Positions 35,212 to 45,432 of a stretch of DNA of 49,614 bases are shown here, in pieces. The stretch spans positions 1 to 49,614 of the forward strand of contig JBKBPX010000001.1 of assembly GCA_046292855.1 (NCBI GenBank), given 5' to 3'. A program made the position numbers and the translations under genes. The notes below the pieces were generated by a model that was not told where the DNA came from, searched no databases, and saw only the letters and a list, made by a program, of their open reading frames with translations. Within the stretch, counting starts at the first letter, position 1, and each line of letters starts with the position of its first letter. Source of the stretch: Anaerolineales bacterium. Lineage in GTDB: Bacteria > Chloroflexota > Anaerolineae > Anaerolineales > Villigracilaceae.

Positions 35212-37344
35212 CTAGGAGCGGTTTATTTCGCGAGCCGCCTGGATGGTCAGATGTGTGACCCCGATCAACTGCTCATAGGGAATGGGAGGCGGCCCGCCAG
35301 CCCGAATGGCGCGCAGGAAGGCCTCCCATTCGCTGTGCCAACCCTTATCCTGGCGCAAGCGGTAAACTCGCCGCTGCCCATCCCGAAACCATTCCAGCCG
35401 ACGGAAGTCATCTAGGACGGCGATAGCACCGCTGCAGAAGACCTCTAAGCGCTCTTTGGGATAGGAGCGATCGCCGTTTGCCAGGTAATCAAGGACTGCT
35501 AGGGAGCCATCGGCAAAGCGCAAGGTGAGGGTGAAGTTATCACGACGATATTTGCCGCCATCGGGCAAGGCGCTGACGGAGACCAATTCTGGAACGCTGC
35601 CGACCAAGAAAGTGAGAAAATCTATGAAGTGGCAAGCTTCGCCGATCAGGCGACCGCCACCTTGTTGGGGGTGATGCAACCAGTGTTCAGGAGGTAGGTA
35701 ACCGGCGTTGACGCGGTAATGGGCAAAGAGTGGCTCATGGCAACAGGCCAGCAGTTCCTTCAAGCGCTGTGCCAGCGGAGCAAAACGACGGTTGAAACCC
35801 ACCATCAGCAGGGTTTGTGCCTGGGCAAGCGCCTGGGCAATTTCTTCTAGCTGGGTCTCATCCACCGCAAGCGGCTTTTCCACGAAGACATGTTTCCCCC
35901 TTTCCAGCGCCTGGCGTGCTAGGGATGCATGAGTATCATGGCGCGTGAGAATGGCGATCAGGTTTACTTGGGGGTCATCGAGGATTTCACGCGCTTCGGA
36001 GGTGGCATAGGCAAAGCCGAATTTGCGCGCCACGTGTGCCGCATGGACGCCACTGGCCGAAGCGACACCAAGCCGAGAGATGCCGGAAAAGGGCTTGAGA
36101 ATCGGCAAGAGCGTGTTTTGTGCAAAATTCCCGGCGCCGATCAGGCCGAGGCGAATTCCTTGAAGAGGAGTGACCTGATTGGCATAGGAGATGCGCCGTT
36201 CTTCAGGAAGGGCAGGAGGAGGGTTTTCATCGCCATAGGTGAGCAACACACCCAGGAAAGGCTCTTTGACCCGACCACGGATCAAATCATAGGCTTCTAC
36301 GGCGCGTTCAATGGGGAAGCGATGCGTGATCAGGGGCTTCACACGCAGCTTTCCTTCCGCCATCAGGTTCAGGACGGCCTGAAAGTTGCGCCCCTCCGTC
36401 CAACGCACATAGGCATAGGGGTAATCTTGCCCTTCTTCCTCGTAGCGGGGGTCATAGCGACCAGGGCCATAGGAGCGCGAGTTGACAAAGGTGAGTTCTT
36501 TCTCGTAATAGAGCTTGCGCGGCAAGGTTTGCCCGACTGCTCCAGTGGCGATGACTCGTCCGCGCAGGCGCGCAATTTGGCCGGCCAGTTCAACGGGATC
36601 ATTTGAGGTCGTATCGGCGCAGAGGATGACGGCGTCAAAGCCATGTCCCTGGGTAAATGCTTCGGCTGCGGATTCGGCTTCGGCGCGCAGTGTTGCCGAA
36701 AGTCCAAGCGAGATTGCGAGGGCGACGCGGCCGGGGTCAAGGTCAATGCCCAGGACACGGCAGCCGGCCGCGGCGGCGATCTGGAGCGTCAATAATCCCA
36801 CTAATCCTAATCCCACAATTGCAACCGACTCCCCAATTTCGCTGCGCGCTAGGCGAAAGCCGTGTAGGGCGATCGCCCCCAGGGTGGTAAAAGCGGCGGA
36901 TTCAAAATCTACGTTCTCAGGAAGGGGGGTGAGCAGGTGACGCGGGATGAGGTCATATTCGGCATGGACGGCGTAGTTGCCTCCGGCACAGGCGACGCGC
37001 TGGCCAATGGAAAAGCCTTCCATCCCTTCGCCGAGAGCGACGATGAGGCCAGCAGACGAATAGCCGAGGGGCATGGGTTGGTCGAGGCGTTCAAAAGCGG
37101 CTTGAACGGCAGGGAAGAAGCCTTCGCGGCGGGCTTTTTGCAGGAATTGCTTCAGGAGATCAGGCCGGCTGCGCGCTTTGCCGAGGAGGGAGCGGTGGGC
37201 AAATTCCACTAGGGCGCGTTCGGTGCCGGCAGAGATCAGGGAATTGACCACGCGCACGAGGGCTTGACCCCGACGCGGGGTGGGGATGGGCACTTCTTCC
37301 ACGTAGGTTTCGCCATTTTTGATGTTCTGCAACAGTTGCTTCAT
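35212..37344 (-). CDS. Bi-domain oxidoreductase (N-terminal MDR/zinc-ADH-like, C-terminal Gfo/Idh/MocA-like)
   Basis: 710 aa. N-terminal GroES-like and Rossmann regions (VAIVGLGLVG). The C-terminal half has LGLIGAGNFAQN.. and EKPLA, typical of Gfo/Idh/MocA. Confidence 0.85.
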   Translation of the reverse strand: MKQLLQNIKNGETYVEEVPIPTPRRGQALVRVVNSLISAGTERALVEFAHRSLLGKARSRPDLLKQFLQKARREGFFPAVQAAFERLDQPMPLGYSSAGLIVALGEGMEGFSIGQRVACAGGNYAVHAEYDLIPRHLLTPLPENVDFESAAFTTLGAIALHGFRLARSEIGESVAIVGLGLVGLLTLQIAAAAGCRVLGIDLDPGRVALAISLGLSATLRAEAESAAEAFTQGHGFDAVILCADTTSNDPVELAGQIARLRGRVIATGAVGQTLPRKLYYEKELTFVNSRSYGPGRYDPRYEEEGQDYPYAYVRWTEGRNFQAVLNLMAEGKLRVKPLITHRFPIERAVEAYDLIRGRVKEPFLGVLLTYGDENPPPALPEERRISYANQVTPLQGIRLGLIGAGNFAQNTLLPILKPFSGISRLGVASASGVHAAHVARKFGFAYATSEAREILDDPQVNLIAILTRHDTHASLARQALERGKHVFVEKPLAVDETQLEEIAQALAQAQTLLMVGFNRRFAPLAQRLKELLACCHEPLFAHYRVNAGYLPPEHWLHHPQQGGGRLIGEACHFIDFLTFLVGSVPELVSVSALPDGGKYRRDNFTLTLRFADGSLAVLDYLANGDRSYPKERLEVFCSGAIAVLDDFRRLEWFRDGQRRVYRLRQDKGWHSEWEAFLRAIRAGGPPPIPYEQLIGVTHLTIQAAREINRS

Positions 37345-37392
37345 GGATAGACCTTCAGGGCAGGTTGTATTCTAGTATAATTCGAGGGTTGA

Positions 37393-38382
<990 letters not shown>

Positions 38383-38394
38383 AAGGGAAGCCAA

Positions 38395-40650
38395 ATGCAC
38401 TTGCGACGGAGCATATTCGCTCTTCTCATGGGAGGAATCGTAGCCGTTTTTGTTAATGGCTATTTGCTGGATGATGGCTTTGCATTGCAAAGTCGCGCTG
38501 CGATTGCGGTCACGGTTTTGGCTGCAGGACTGGGGTTCGGGGCGGCCTGGTTTCTCTACCCTTGGGTGGAAAAGCAATGGCAAAGCTTGCCTCCTGCCCA
38601 ACGTTGGAAGCTTTTGGGCAATAGCTTGTTACTAGGAAGTCTTCTTTTCTTTGGGGGAACTTCTCGCTGGCTGTATGGTGGATCACGCTATTTGCGATTC
38701 CTTTTGCCTGTTCATCACCTTCAGCTCTCTGTTTCGACTAATTCCCCTGGTTCGCTGAAAGTGGTCTGGTTTACCACTACTCTTGGCGATATTTCTTTCG
38801 ATGCGATGGAAGGACGCGGTTGGCAACGCAAAGAGGATGGGTTGGTGCTGACCGCGCCGAGCGAAAATTCCTTAGAGTGGCGTGGCAAGGTGGGGAAATG
38901 GGTGAAGATCGTATTTGAGAGTAAAGAGAGGGCAAGGGCAATATTGAACTGGAATGGTTACAGTGAGACAATTGAGTTACCACGTGGAAGATATGTCTAT
39001 AGCCAATCGTTTCCTGTTCCGCTTGTGGCAAATGGTGTTCTTGTGCCAGGCTGGATACCTCTGATCATTTTTACTGGAATAGCGTTGCTGTGGGTGTGGC
39101 CATATAGGAGGAGATGGGCGGAAGAGAGCTTGGAATGGCTTCGTTCTAATCCACCGTTTGCTCGTTGGGAGTGGGGCTTTCTGCTGGGAGTGATCCTTTT
39201 TGCTTTGCTGTTGCGCCTGTGGAATTTGGAAGGACCACCCTCGGTGGACGAGCTTCGCCATTTGCTCGCTGCGCGTCAGGTTTTGGAGGGGAACGACTTT
39301 CCGCAGTATCAGCGGAGTTTCTGGACGGTTACGCTTCCTGTGGCGTTTGCCTTTCGCATCTTTGGTTTTCACGTTTGGACCGCGCGCATACCCGGGATCG
39401 TTTTCAATGCTATGGGATTGCTTCCCTTCTACCTATTGGCACGCCGCATTAATCGTCCGGTAGCACTTGTAGCCAGTTTGCTCTACGCCACTAATCCTTC
39501 CCTCCTCGTTTTTTCTCGTATGATACGAGAATACGCATATTATCCCTTCTACTTCTCTTGGACAGCTTATGGGATGCTCATCTTTTTTGAGAAGATTCCC
39601 TTTCGCTTTTCTATTTGGCGAGATGGAAAGTATCTTTTGTCTTCAAAGACAGCTTTAATGGCACTTTCCCTTCTCCTGCCATTCGGCTATGCCTTATACG
39701 ATAACTCGTCAACCTTCAAGTTGATTCTCCTCTCCTATCTCGTCCTTGGGATTTTATTGCTTGCCAAATTAGATTACAAAGATAAAAGAAACCTGATCCT
39801 AGTGACTGTGCTTGCGCTTGCCGGGTTGATAGTTGCTACTTGGCTTATGCCACGAATGCTTTCTGATTTCAAGTTTTCCGTCAATTCTAACAATTCTAAA
39901 TTCCTTACTTATTTCTTCGTTAATCCATCGCAACAGTGGTATTTTCAGAGGAGTGCCATCTTTGCAGCCCTTGCTTTCAGTGCTAGCCTCTACTTCGTTG
40001 TCTTTTTGCAGCGCAAGAAAGAAGCCCCCCTTACGTTTATCCTGCTCAACTTTCTCTTTTACATGGCCTTCTTTCTCTTAGCTGATAACCCCTTGCGCCC
40101 TATGCGCCTCCGCCATGCAAGTGTCACAGCAATATGGTTCACCATTTTGATTGCCGCAGGCGGCTGGCTGATATGGAGATTCCTCTGCCTCGCCTTTCGA
40201 GCGAGAACGCTTCCGTATATTCTAATGGCAGCTTTGCTTCCTTTCTCCTTCAATGCCACTCACATTTTCACAATCACGGTTTCGCAAAATGGACTAACCA
40301 GAATAGGTGAGGATTTCGTCCCTGATAACTCCAGGCTCCATAAGTTTATGATAGCGCATGTCAACAGCGGTGATGCCTTGATTGCTACCGCTCCCTATAG
40401 ATCTTATGTGTTCTGGATGCGCCAACCGAATTTTAGCGCCATTTATTCTCTTGCGCTTACTACCCCTCTCACAGAAGTCACTTCTATCATCCAAACCCAT
40501 CCCTCCGGTTGGATTGTGATCGACCGCACCAGGATTAACCAGCTCACTTTCGACCCCTTCCAAGCCTTTGCTTCTCTCGGCTTGGAATATACGGGAACAT
40601 TTGGCGAGAACCAGGACGAGTATCTCTGGCGTTGGCAAAGAGAAAAATAA
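38395..40650 (+). CDS. GT-C fold membrane glycosyltransferase (ArnT/PMT_2-like) with extra N-terminal domain
   Basis: 751 aa polytopic protein. The first-loop acidic motif ..PPSVDELRHLLAARQVLEG.. is followed by many TM helices. The first ~250 aa (2 TM plus a soluble beta-rich segment) are additional. Confidence 0.75.
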   Translation: MHLRRSIFALLMGGIVAVFVNGYLLDDGFALQSRAAIAVTVLAAGLGFGAAWFLYPWVEKQWQSLPPAQRWKLLGNSLLLGSLLFFGGTSRWLYGGSRYLRFLLPVHHLQLSVSTNSPGSLKVVWFTTTLGDISFDAMEGRGWQRKEDGLVLTAPSENSLEWRGKVGKWVKIVFESKERARAILNWNGYSETIELPRGRYVYSQSFPVPLVANGVLVPGWIPLIIFTGIALLWVWPYRRRWAEESLEWLRSNPPFARWEWGFLLGVILFALLLRLWNLEGPPSVDELRHLLAARQVLEGNDFPQYQRSFWTVTLPVAFAFRIFGFHVWTARIPGIVFNAMGLLPFYLLARRINRPVALVASLLYATNPSLLVFSRMIREYAYYPFYFSWTAYGMLIFFEKIPFRFSIWRDGKYLLSSKTALMALSLLLPFGYALYDNSSTFKLILLSYLVLGILLLAKLDYKDKRNLILVTVLALAGLIVATWLMPRMLSDFKFSVNSNNSKFLTYFFVNPSQQWYFQRSAIFAALAFSASLYFVVFLQRKKEAPLTFILLNFLFYMAFFLLADNPLRPMRLRHASVTAIWFTILIAAGGWLIWRFLCLAFRARTLPYILMAALLPFSFNATHIFTITVSQNGLTRIGEDFVPDNSRLHKFMIAHVNSGDALIATAPYRSYVFWMRQPNFSAIYSLALTTPLTEVTSIIQTHPSGWIVIDRTRINQLTFDPFQAFASLGLEYTGTFGENQDEYLWRWQREK

Positions 40651-40667
40651 TGCGATGAGGTCTTCTG

Positions 40668-41618
40668 ATGTACCTCTCCCTTGTCATCCCCGTCTATAAC
40701 GAGCAAGAAAATTTGCCATTGCTGTTCGACGCCTTGCACCAGGCTATGGACTCACTTCCCCACTCCTGGGAAGCGATCTTCGTTGACGATGGCAGCCAGG
40801 ATGCCAGCTTGGATATTTTGCGCCGCTTTGCGAAAGATGACCCTTTGCACGTGCGTGTCATCGCCTTCCGCCGCAACTTTGGCCAGACTGCGGCTATCGC
40901 CGCCGGCATTGACCATGCCCGCGGGGAGGTAGTTGTCCTGCTGGATGCCGATCTCCAGAACGATCCGGCCGATATTCCCCTCCTCCTGGCAAAACTGGAG
41001 GAGGGCTATGATGTGGTCAGCGGATGGCGCAAGGATCGCAAAGACAATGCCCTCACGCGCACCATTCCCTCCCGGCTGGCCAATGCCCTCATTTCCTGGG
41101 TGACCGGCGTCCACCTGCACGATTATGGCTGCACGCTCAAAGCCTATCGCCGTGAAGTCTTGAGCGGCTTTCGCCTGTATGGCGAAATGCATCGCTTCAT
41201 TCCAGTTTATGCTCACGCCGTTGGAGCGCGCATCACCGAGATGGTCGTCCGTCATCACCCGCGCCGTTTCGGGAAGGCCAAATATGGCCTGGAGCGCACC
41301 CTCAAAGTCATCCTCGACCTTTTCACGGTAAAATTCCTGCTTAGCTTTTCCAATAAACCCATCTATCTCTTCGGTGGGACCGGCATCTTGCTGATGATGG
41401 CCAGTGCCGCCATGCTTTTCTTCCTCCTTGTCCGCCGCCTCTTTTTCCAAGTTGGTGTGCTTGGCTCGCCCATTTTTCAGATGAGCGCCATGTTTTTCAT
41501 CTTGGGCTTTCAATCCGTGCTCATGGGGCTGATCGCCGAGCTACTGGTGCGTACCTACCACGAGGCCCAGGGCAAACCCACCTATACCGTGCGCGAACGC
41601 ATCAATTTCCCCGATTGA
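40668..41618 (+). CDS. Polyprenyl-phosphate glycosyltransferase (GT2; ArnC/GtrB/DPM1-like)
   Basis: LSLVIPVYNEQENL, FVDDGSQD, LDADLQNDP, and two C-terminal TM helices. Confidence 0.9.
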   Translation: MYLSLVIPVYNEQENLPLLFDALHQAMDSLPHSWEAIFVDDGSQDASLDILRRFAKDDPLHVRVIAFRRNFGQTAAIAAGIDHARGEVVVLLDADLQNDPADIPLLLAKLEEGYDVVSGWRKDRKDNALTRTIPSRLANALISWVTGVHLHDYGCTLKAYRREVLSGFRLYGEMHRFIPVYAHAVGARITEMVVRHHPRRFGKAKYGLERTLKVILDLFTVKFLLSFSNKPIYLFGGTGILLMMASAAMLFFLLVRRLFFQVGVLGSPIFQMSAMFFILGFQSVLMGLIAELLVRTYHEAQGKPTYTVRERINFPD

Positions 41619-41619
41619 C

Positions 41620-42774
41620 ATGCACATCCTCTTGCTCAATAGCGAATATCCTCCCATCGGCGGAGGTGCCGGCAATGCCAGCGCACATTTGAGCCGTTGC
41701 CTGGCCGAAATGGGACAGCGGGTCAGCATTGTCACGGCTCATTTCGACAACCTCCCACGCCATGAAAAGAAAGAGAATTGGGAACTCTACCGCATCCCCG
41801 CGCTGCGGCGCCGGCCGGATCGCTCCGGCCCCATAGAGCAACTTGCCTTCATCGTCAGCGCCTCGTTTTGGACCCTGAGCCGCCTGCCGCGCCTCAAGCC
41901 GGACCTCACTTTGGCATTTTTTGGCGTCCCCAGCGGGGCGGTTGCCTGGACGTTGAAGAGGGTCTATGGCATCCCGTATGTAGTTTCGCTGCGTGGCGGT
42001 GACGTGCCCGGCTTCCGTCCGTATGACTTCGCCAGGTATCATCGGATGATCGGCCCCTTCCTGCGCGTGATCTGGCACCGGGCATCCGCCGTGATCGCCA
42101 ATAGCCGGGGTTTACAGGAATTGGCTCAACGCTTTGATCCGAGCGTAGAAATTGCGGTCATTCCGAATGGTGTTGCCTGGCAAGATTATGCTCCTCCGCA
42201 ACGTGAGTGGTCACCAGCGCGTCTGCTTTCCGTGGGCCGGCTGGTTTACCAGAAAGGCCTCGATCTGGGCTTGCGTGCCCTTGCCACCTTGCGCCATTTG
42301 GAGTGGGAGTGGTACATTGCCGGTGATGGCCCCTATCGCCCCGTCTTAGCATCTCTCGCCACAGCAATGGGCATTGTCGATCGCATCCGTTTCCTCGGTT
42401 GGCAAGAACGTCAAGCGTTAATCGGATATTACCATCGTGCCAATCTTTTCCTTTTCCCCTCGCGGCATGAAGGCATGCCCAATGCCGTCCTCGAAGCGAT
42501 GGCGGCCGAGCTCCCGGTCATTGCCACGCGCGTTGCCGGGAGCGAAGAGCTGATCATAGATGGCATAACCGGTCGTCTCGTCCCTCCCGAAGATGAGGAA
42601 GCGCTGGCAGAAGCCCTCGAGTCGCTCATCCTGAATCCCACATTGCGCCGTCAAATGGGCCTCAATTCCCTGGAAAGAGTTCGGCGAGAGTATTCTTGGG
42701 AAAGTGTAGCACGCGCCTACCTCTCCCTCCTCGCTCCCATCGCTGGGGCCTCTTCTCCTCCTTCGACCTCATAG
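41620..42774 (+). CDS. Glycosyltransferase family 4
   Basis: MHILLLNSEYPPIGGGAGNA N-terminus. EGMPNAVLEAMAAELPVIATRVAGSEELI (E-x7-E) region. Confidence 0.88.
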   Translation: MHILLLNSEYPPIGGGAGNASAHLSRCLAEMGQRVSIVTAHFDNLPRHEKKENWELYRIPALRRRPDRSGPIEQLAFIVSASFWTLSRLPRLKPDLTLAFFGVPSGAVAWTLKRVYGIPYVVSLRGGDVPGFRPYDFARYHRMIGPFLRVIWHRASAVIANSRGLQELAQRFDPSVEIAVIPNGVAWQDYAPPQREWSPARLLSVGRLVYQKGLDLGLRALATLRHLEWEWYIAGDGPYRPVLASLATAMGIVDRIRFLGWQERQALIGYYHRANLFLFPSRHEGMPNAVLEAMAAELPVIATRVAGSEELIIDGITGRLVPPEDEEALAEALESLILNPTLRRQMGLNSLERVRREYSWESVARAYLSLLAPIAGASSPPSTS

Positions 42775-42795
42775 CCACCTTCGCCGTCCCTCCTC

Positions 42796-42823
42796 CACCG
42801 TCCACCGTCCATCGTCCACCGTC
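42796..42823. repeat. Heptamer tandem repeat (CACCGTC, the reverse complement of the GACGGTG type), 4 units
   Basis: caccgtc caccgtc catcgtc caccgtc, ending 2 nt before the asnB-like ATG. Confidence 0.85.
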
Positions 42824-42825
42824 CA

Positions 42826-44718
42826 ATGTGTGGCATCTGCGGCATCTCCCCCTCCTCCCCCCATTCCCCTGACCTGGCTCGGTTACGCCGGATGAACGAT
42901 GCCATCCGTCATCGCGGACCGGACGGTGAGGGCTTTTACATTGCTGAAGGGATCGGCCTGGCCATGCGTCGCCTAGCGATCATTGACATCCAGGGAGGCC
43001 AGCAACCCATCCCAAACGAAGATGAGCGTTTGTGGATCGTCTTCAACGGCGAAATCTACAATTTTCTCCATCTTCGCCCGGAACTGGAACGGCGTGGTCA
43101 TCGCTTTCGCACGCGCAGCGATACCGAATGTATCCTGCATCTTTATGAGGACGAGGGAGAGGCTGCCTTATCTCGCCTGCGCGGCATGTTTGCAATTGCC
43201 ATCTGGGATTCCCACAAGCGCCGTCTCTTTCTGGCTAGAGATCGCCTAGGCAAAAAGCCGCTCTATTACACGGTCCACCAGGGTAGCCTTTATTTTGCCT
43301 CCGAGTTGAGCGCTCTGCTAGAGGCGCTGCCTCAGCATCCGCCTGTGAAACTGGAGGCCTTAGATCTCTATCTCAGTTTGCAATACATTCCCGATCCGCT
43401 CACCGCCTATGAGGGCGTCTATAAGCTCCCGCCGGCGCACTTTTTGGTCTGGGAAAACGGCCAATTGCGCATCGCGCGTTACTGGGACCTCACCTATCAG
43501 CCCAAATGGCAGGCTTCGCAGGCGGAACTGGCCGATGAGCTGCGTGCCCGGCTGCAAGAAGCGGTGCGCCTGCGTCTGATCAGCGAAGTGCCTCTCGGCG
43601 CGCATCTAAGCGGTGGCATTGATTCCAGTATCATCGTCGCCCTGATGGCCGAATTGAGCGATGTGCCTGTCAAAACCTTCTCGGTTGGCTTTGAGGAGGA
43701 ATCCTTCTCCGAGCTAGCCTATGCCCGCGCCGTCGCCAAACGCTATGCTACCGATCATCATGAATTTATCCTGCGCTATAGCGATCTACCGACCACGCTC
43801 GAAACTATCCTTAGCCATTTTGGTGAGCCTTTCGCCGATCCTTCCGCCATTCCGCTCTATTACCTCTCACGTCTGACGCGCGAGTATGTGACGGTAGCTT
43901 TGAACGGAGATGGCGGCGACGAGGCCTTTGCTGGCTACCATCGTTACCGCCTCGATCCCTGGGCGAATCGCTATCTTCGAGCGCCTCAATTCTTGACCCG
44001 TAGCTTCGTGCCGGCCATTGTGCGCCTCCTCCCCGATGCTTCGGAACGTCCGGCCGGCCAGAGCCTGCTCAACGGGTTAAAGCGCCTGGCGCAATTGCCG
44101 GAGATTGATCCCCGTGCCAGCTTGCTCCGCTGGAGCTCATATTTCACCCCCTCCCAGCGCCTCGCTCTCTGGAAGCCGGAATATTGGCGAAACCTGAATG
44201 CCCATGGCGCAGTGCAGTATATGGTCGAATATTTCGAGAGTGCTCAGGGTTCCTGGCTCGATCACACCCTCTATACCGATTTGCACACTTACCTGCCCGG
44301 CGATTTGCTCGTCAAAGCAGATCGCATGACCATGGCCGCCTCGCTAGAGGGGCGCTCTCCCTTTCTCGATCATGAGCTAATAGAATGGGCGGCCCGCCTG
44401 CCAGATCATCTGAAGGTGCGAGGCTGGACGGGAAAGGTGCTGCTGCGCCGCGCCTTTGCTCACGCGCTACCGTCACAAGTGAGTAAACGCGGCAAACAAG
44501 GTTTCGGCATCCCTCTCGCCACCTGGTTTCGTGGTCCGCTTTATACCTGGTCTCGTGACCTACTCCTTGACCCTCACTCGCCTCTTGCTCGATGGTTCAA
44601 CGCCCTCGCCCTGGAGCAGCTGCTGGAAGAACATCGGCGCGGTCGTGCAGATCATGGCAAGCGTCTCTATGCACTCGTGATACTTGCCTTGTGGGCACGT
44701 ACTGCCACCAGCTCGTGA
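42826..44718 (+). CDS. asnB: Asparagine synthase (glutamine-hydrolysing) family amidotransferase
   Basis: N-terminal MCGICG (Ntn nucleophile Cys2). PP-loop SGGIDSS. Confidence 0.92.
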   Translation: MCGICGISPSSPHSPDLARLRRMNDAIRHRGPDGEGFYIAEGIGLAMRRLAIIDIQGGQQPIPNEDERLWIVFNGEIYNFLHLRPELERRGHRFRTRSDTECILHLYEDEGEAALSRLRGMFAIAIWDSHKRRLFLARDRLGKKPLYYTVHQGSLYFASELSALLEALPQHPPVKLEALDLYLSLQYIPDPLTAYEGVYKLPPAHFLVWENGQLRIARYWDLTYQPKWQASQAELADELRARLQEAVRLRLISEVPLGAHLSGGIDSSIIVALMAELSDVPVKTFSVGFEEESFSELAYARAVAKRYATDHHEFILRYSDLPTTLETILSHFGEPFADPSAIPLYYLSRLTREYVTVALNGDGGDEAFAGYHRYRLDPWANRYLRAPQFLTRSFVPAIVRLLPDASERPAGQSLLNGLKRLAQLPEIDPRASLLRWSSYFTPSQRLALWKPEYWRNLNAHGAVQYMVEYFESAQGSWLDHTLYTDLHTYLPGDLLVKADRMTMAASLEGRSPFLDHELIEWAARLPDHLKVRGWTGKVLLRRAFAHALPSQVSKRGKQGFGIPLATWFRGPLYTWSRDLLLDPHSPLARWFNALALEQLLEEHRRGRADHGKRLYALVILALWARTATSS

Positions 44719-44838
44719 AGGCATGGGTGCTAGGCCGCTGTTATCTGCTCGCAAAGAACGCAATCAGTCGCGAATCAAGTTTAGAACGTCATTGACCTGA
44801 CAGGGGAACAAGGTGAAAACTTACACCTTCCCCTTTAG

Positions 44839-45180
44839 CTAGGCTTCGTCCATTTTTGATTTTGTGTATCTAGCTTTAGGCAGCTACACACCTGGGAGCG
44901 CATCCGTCTCGGAGGCTGACACCTGGGAGCGCATCCGTCTCGGAGGCAGATACCTGGGAGCGCATCCGTCTCGGAGGCTGATACCTTGCTAACACCCCAA
45001 GCGCCGCTGGCGGAGGGGACATCCACACTAGCGGACGGGACGTCCGCGTTCCCAGGATTCTCGCTTCTTGGCGGACGGGACGTCCACGTTCCCAGGATTC
45101 TCACTTCCAGGCGCCTAGGCGTTCTTTGGCAGGCTGCATCAAGTTCAATAACCCCAAAAGATAAATGGACAGAACACTAT
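44839..45180 (+). mobile_element. MITE-like repeat family A, longest copy (amplified internal modules)
   Basis: ctaggcttcgtccatttttgattttg ... three copies of a 31-nt module cacctgggagcgcatccgtctcggaggc(t/a)ga (44889-44981) ... two copies of a 40-nt module gcggacgggacgtcc(g/a)cgttcccaggattctc.. (45031-45110) ... caaaagataaatggacagaacactat. Confidence 0.8.
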
Positions 45181-45235
45181 GGAGCCTGTTTCGGGCATCG
45201 TTTCCGCGGTAACTTTTTACGATGGAACGCGCGAC

Positions 45236-45264
45236 TTGACATCTCTGCCCCTCGCGGTTATCCT
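45236..45264 (+). promoter_or_regulatory. Putative promoter of the SRP RNA gene
   Basis: TTGACA (45236-45241), 17-nt spacer, TATCCT (45259-45264). Confidence 0.5.
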
Positions 45265-45270
45265 TACCCT

Positions 45271-45380
45271 GTATCCGGGCAGGCCCGGCGCGGCAGAGCC
45301 TTGTGAACCCCGCCAGGTCCGAGAGGAAGCAACGGTAAGCAGGTGTTTCTGGGTGCCGCCGGTCAACCTGTCCGGATGCC
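45271..45380 (+). ncRNA. ffs: Signal recognition particle RNA (small 4.5S type)
   Basis: Domain IV core CCAGGUCCGAGAGGAAGCAACGGUAAG (compare the conserved ..CAGGUCCGGAAGGAAGCAGC..). The terminal helix GUAUCCGGGCAGG / CCUGUCCGGAUGC and CCGGCG.GCA / UGCCGCCGG close the hairpin. Confidence 0.75.
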
Positions 45381-45432
45381 TTTCTCTACTCTTGGAAGCG
45401 CTGCCGATGAAGGAGCTGGACGATCTGCTTTC

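Noticed and set aside
40752-41513. Long antisense or alternative-frame ORFs inside confirmed genes: 40752-41513 -, 311-835 -, 905-1486 -, 4840-5475 -, 16168-16857 +, 20391-21104 +, 30233-30958 -, 31680-32333 +, 35929-36606 +, 13341-13961 +
   Set aside because: These are typical shadow ORFs of GC-rich DNA. Each lies within a gene that has strong family motifs, their products are Arg/Gly/His/Pro-rich with no recognisable domains, and they lack start contexts.
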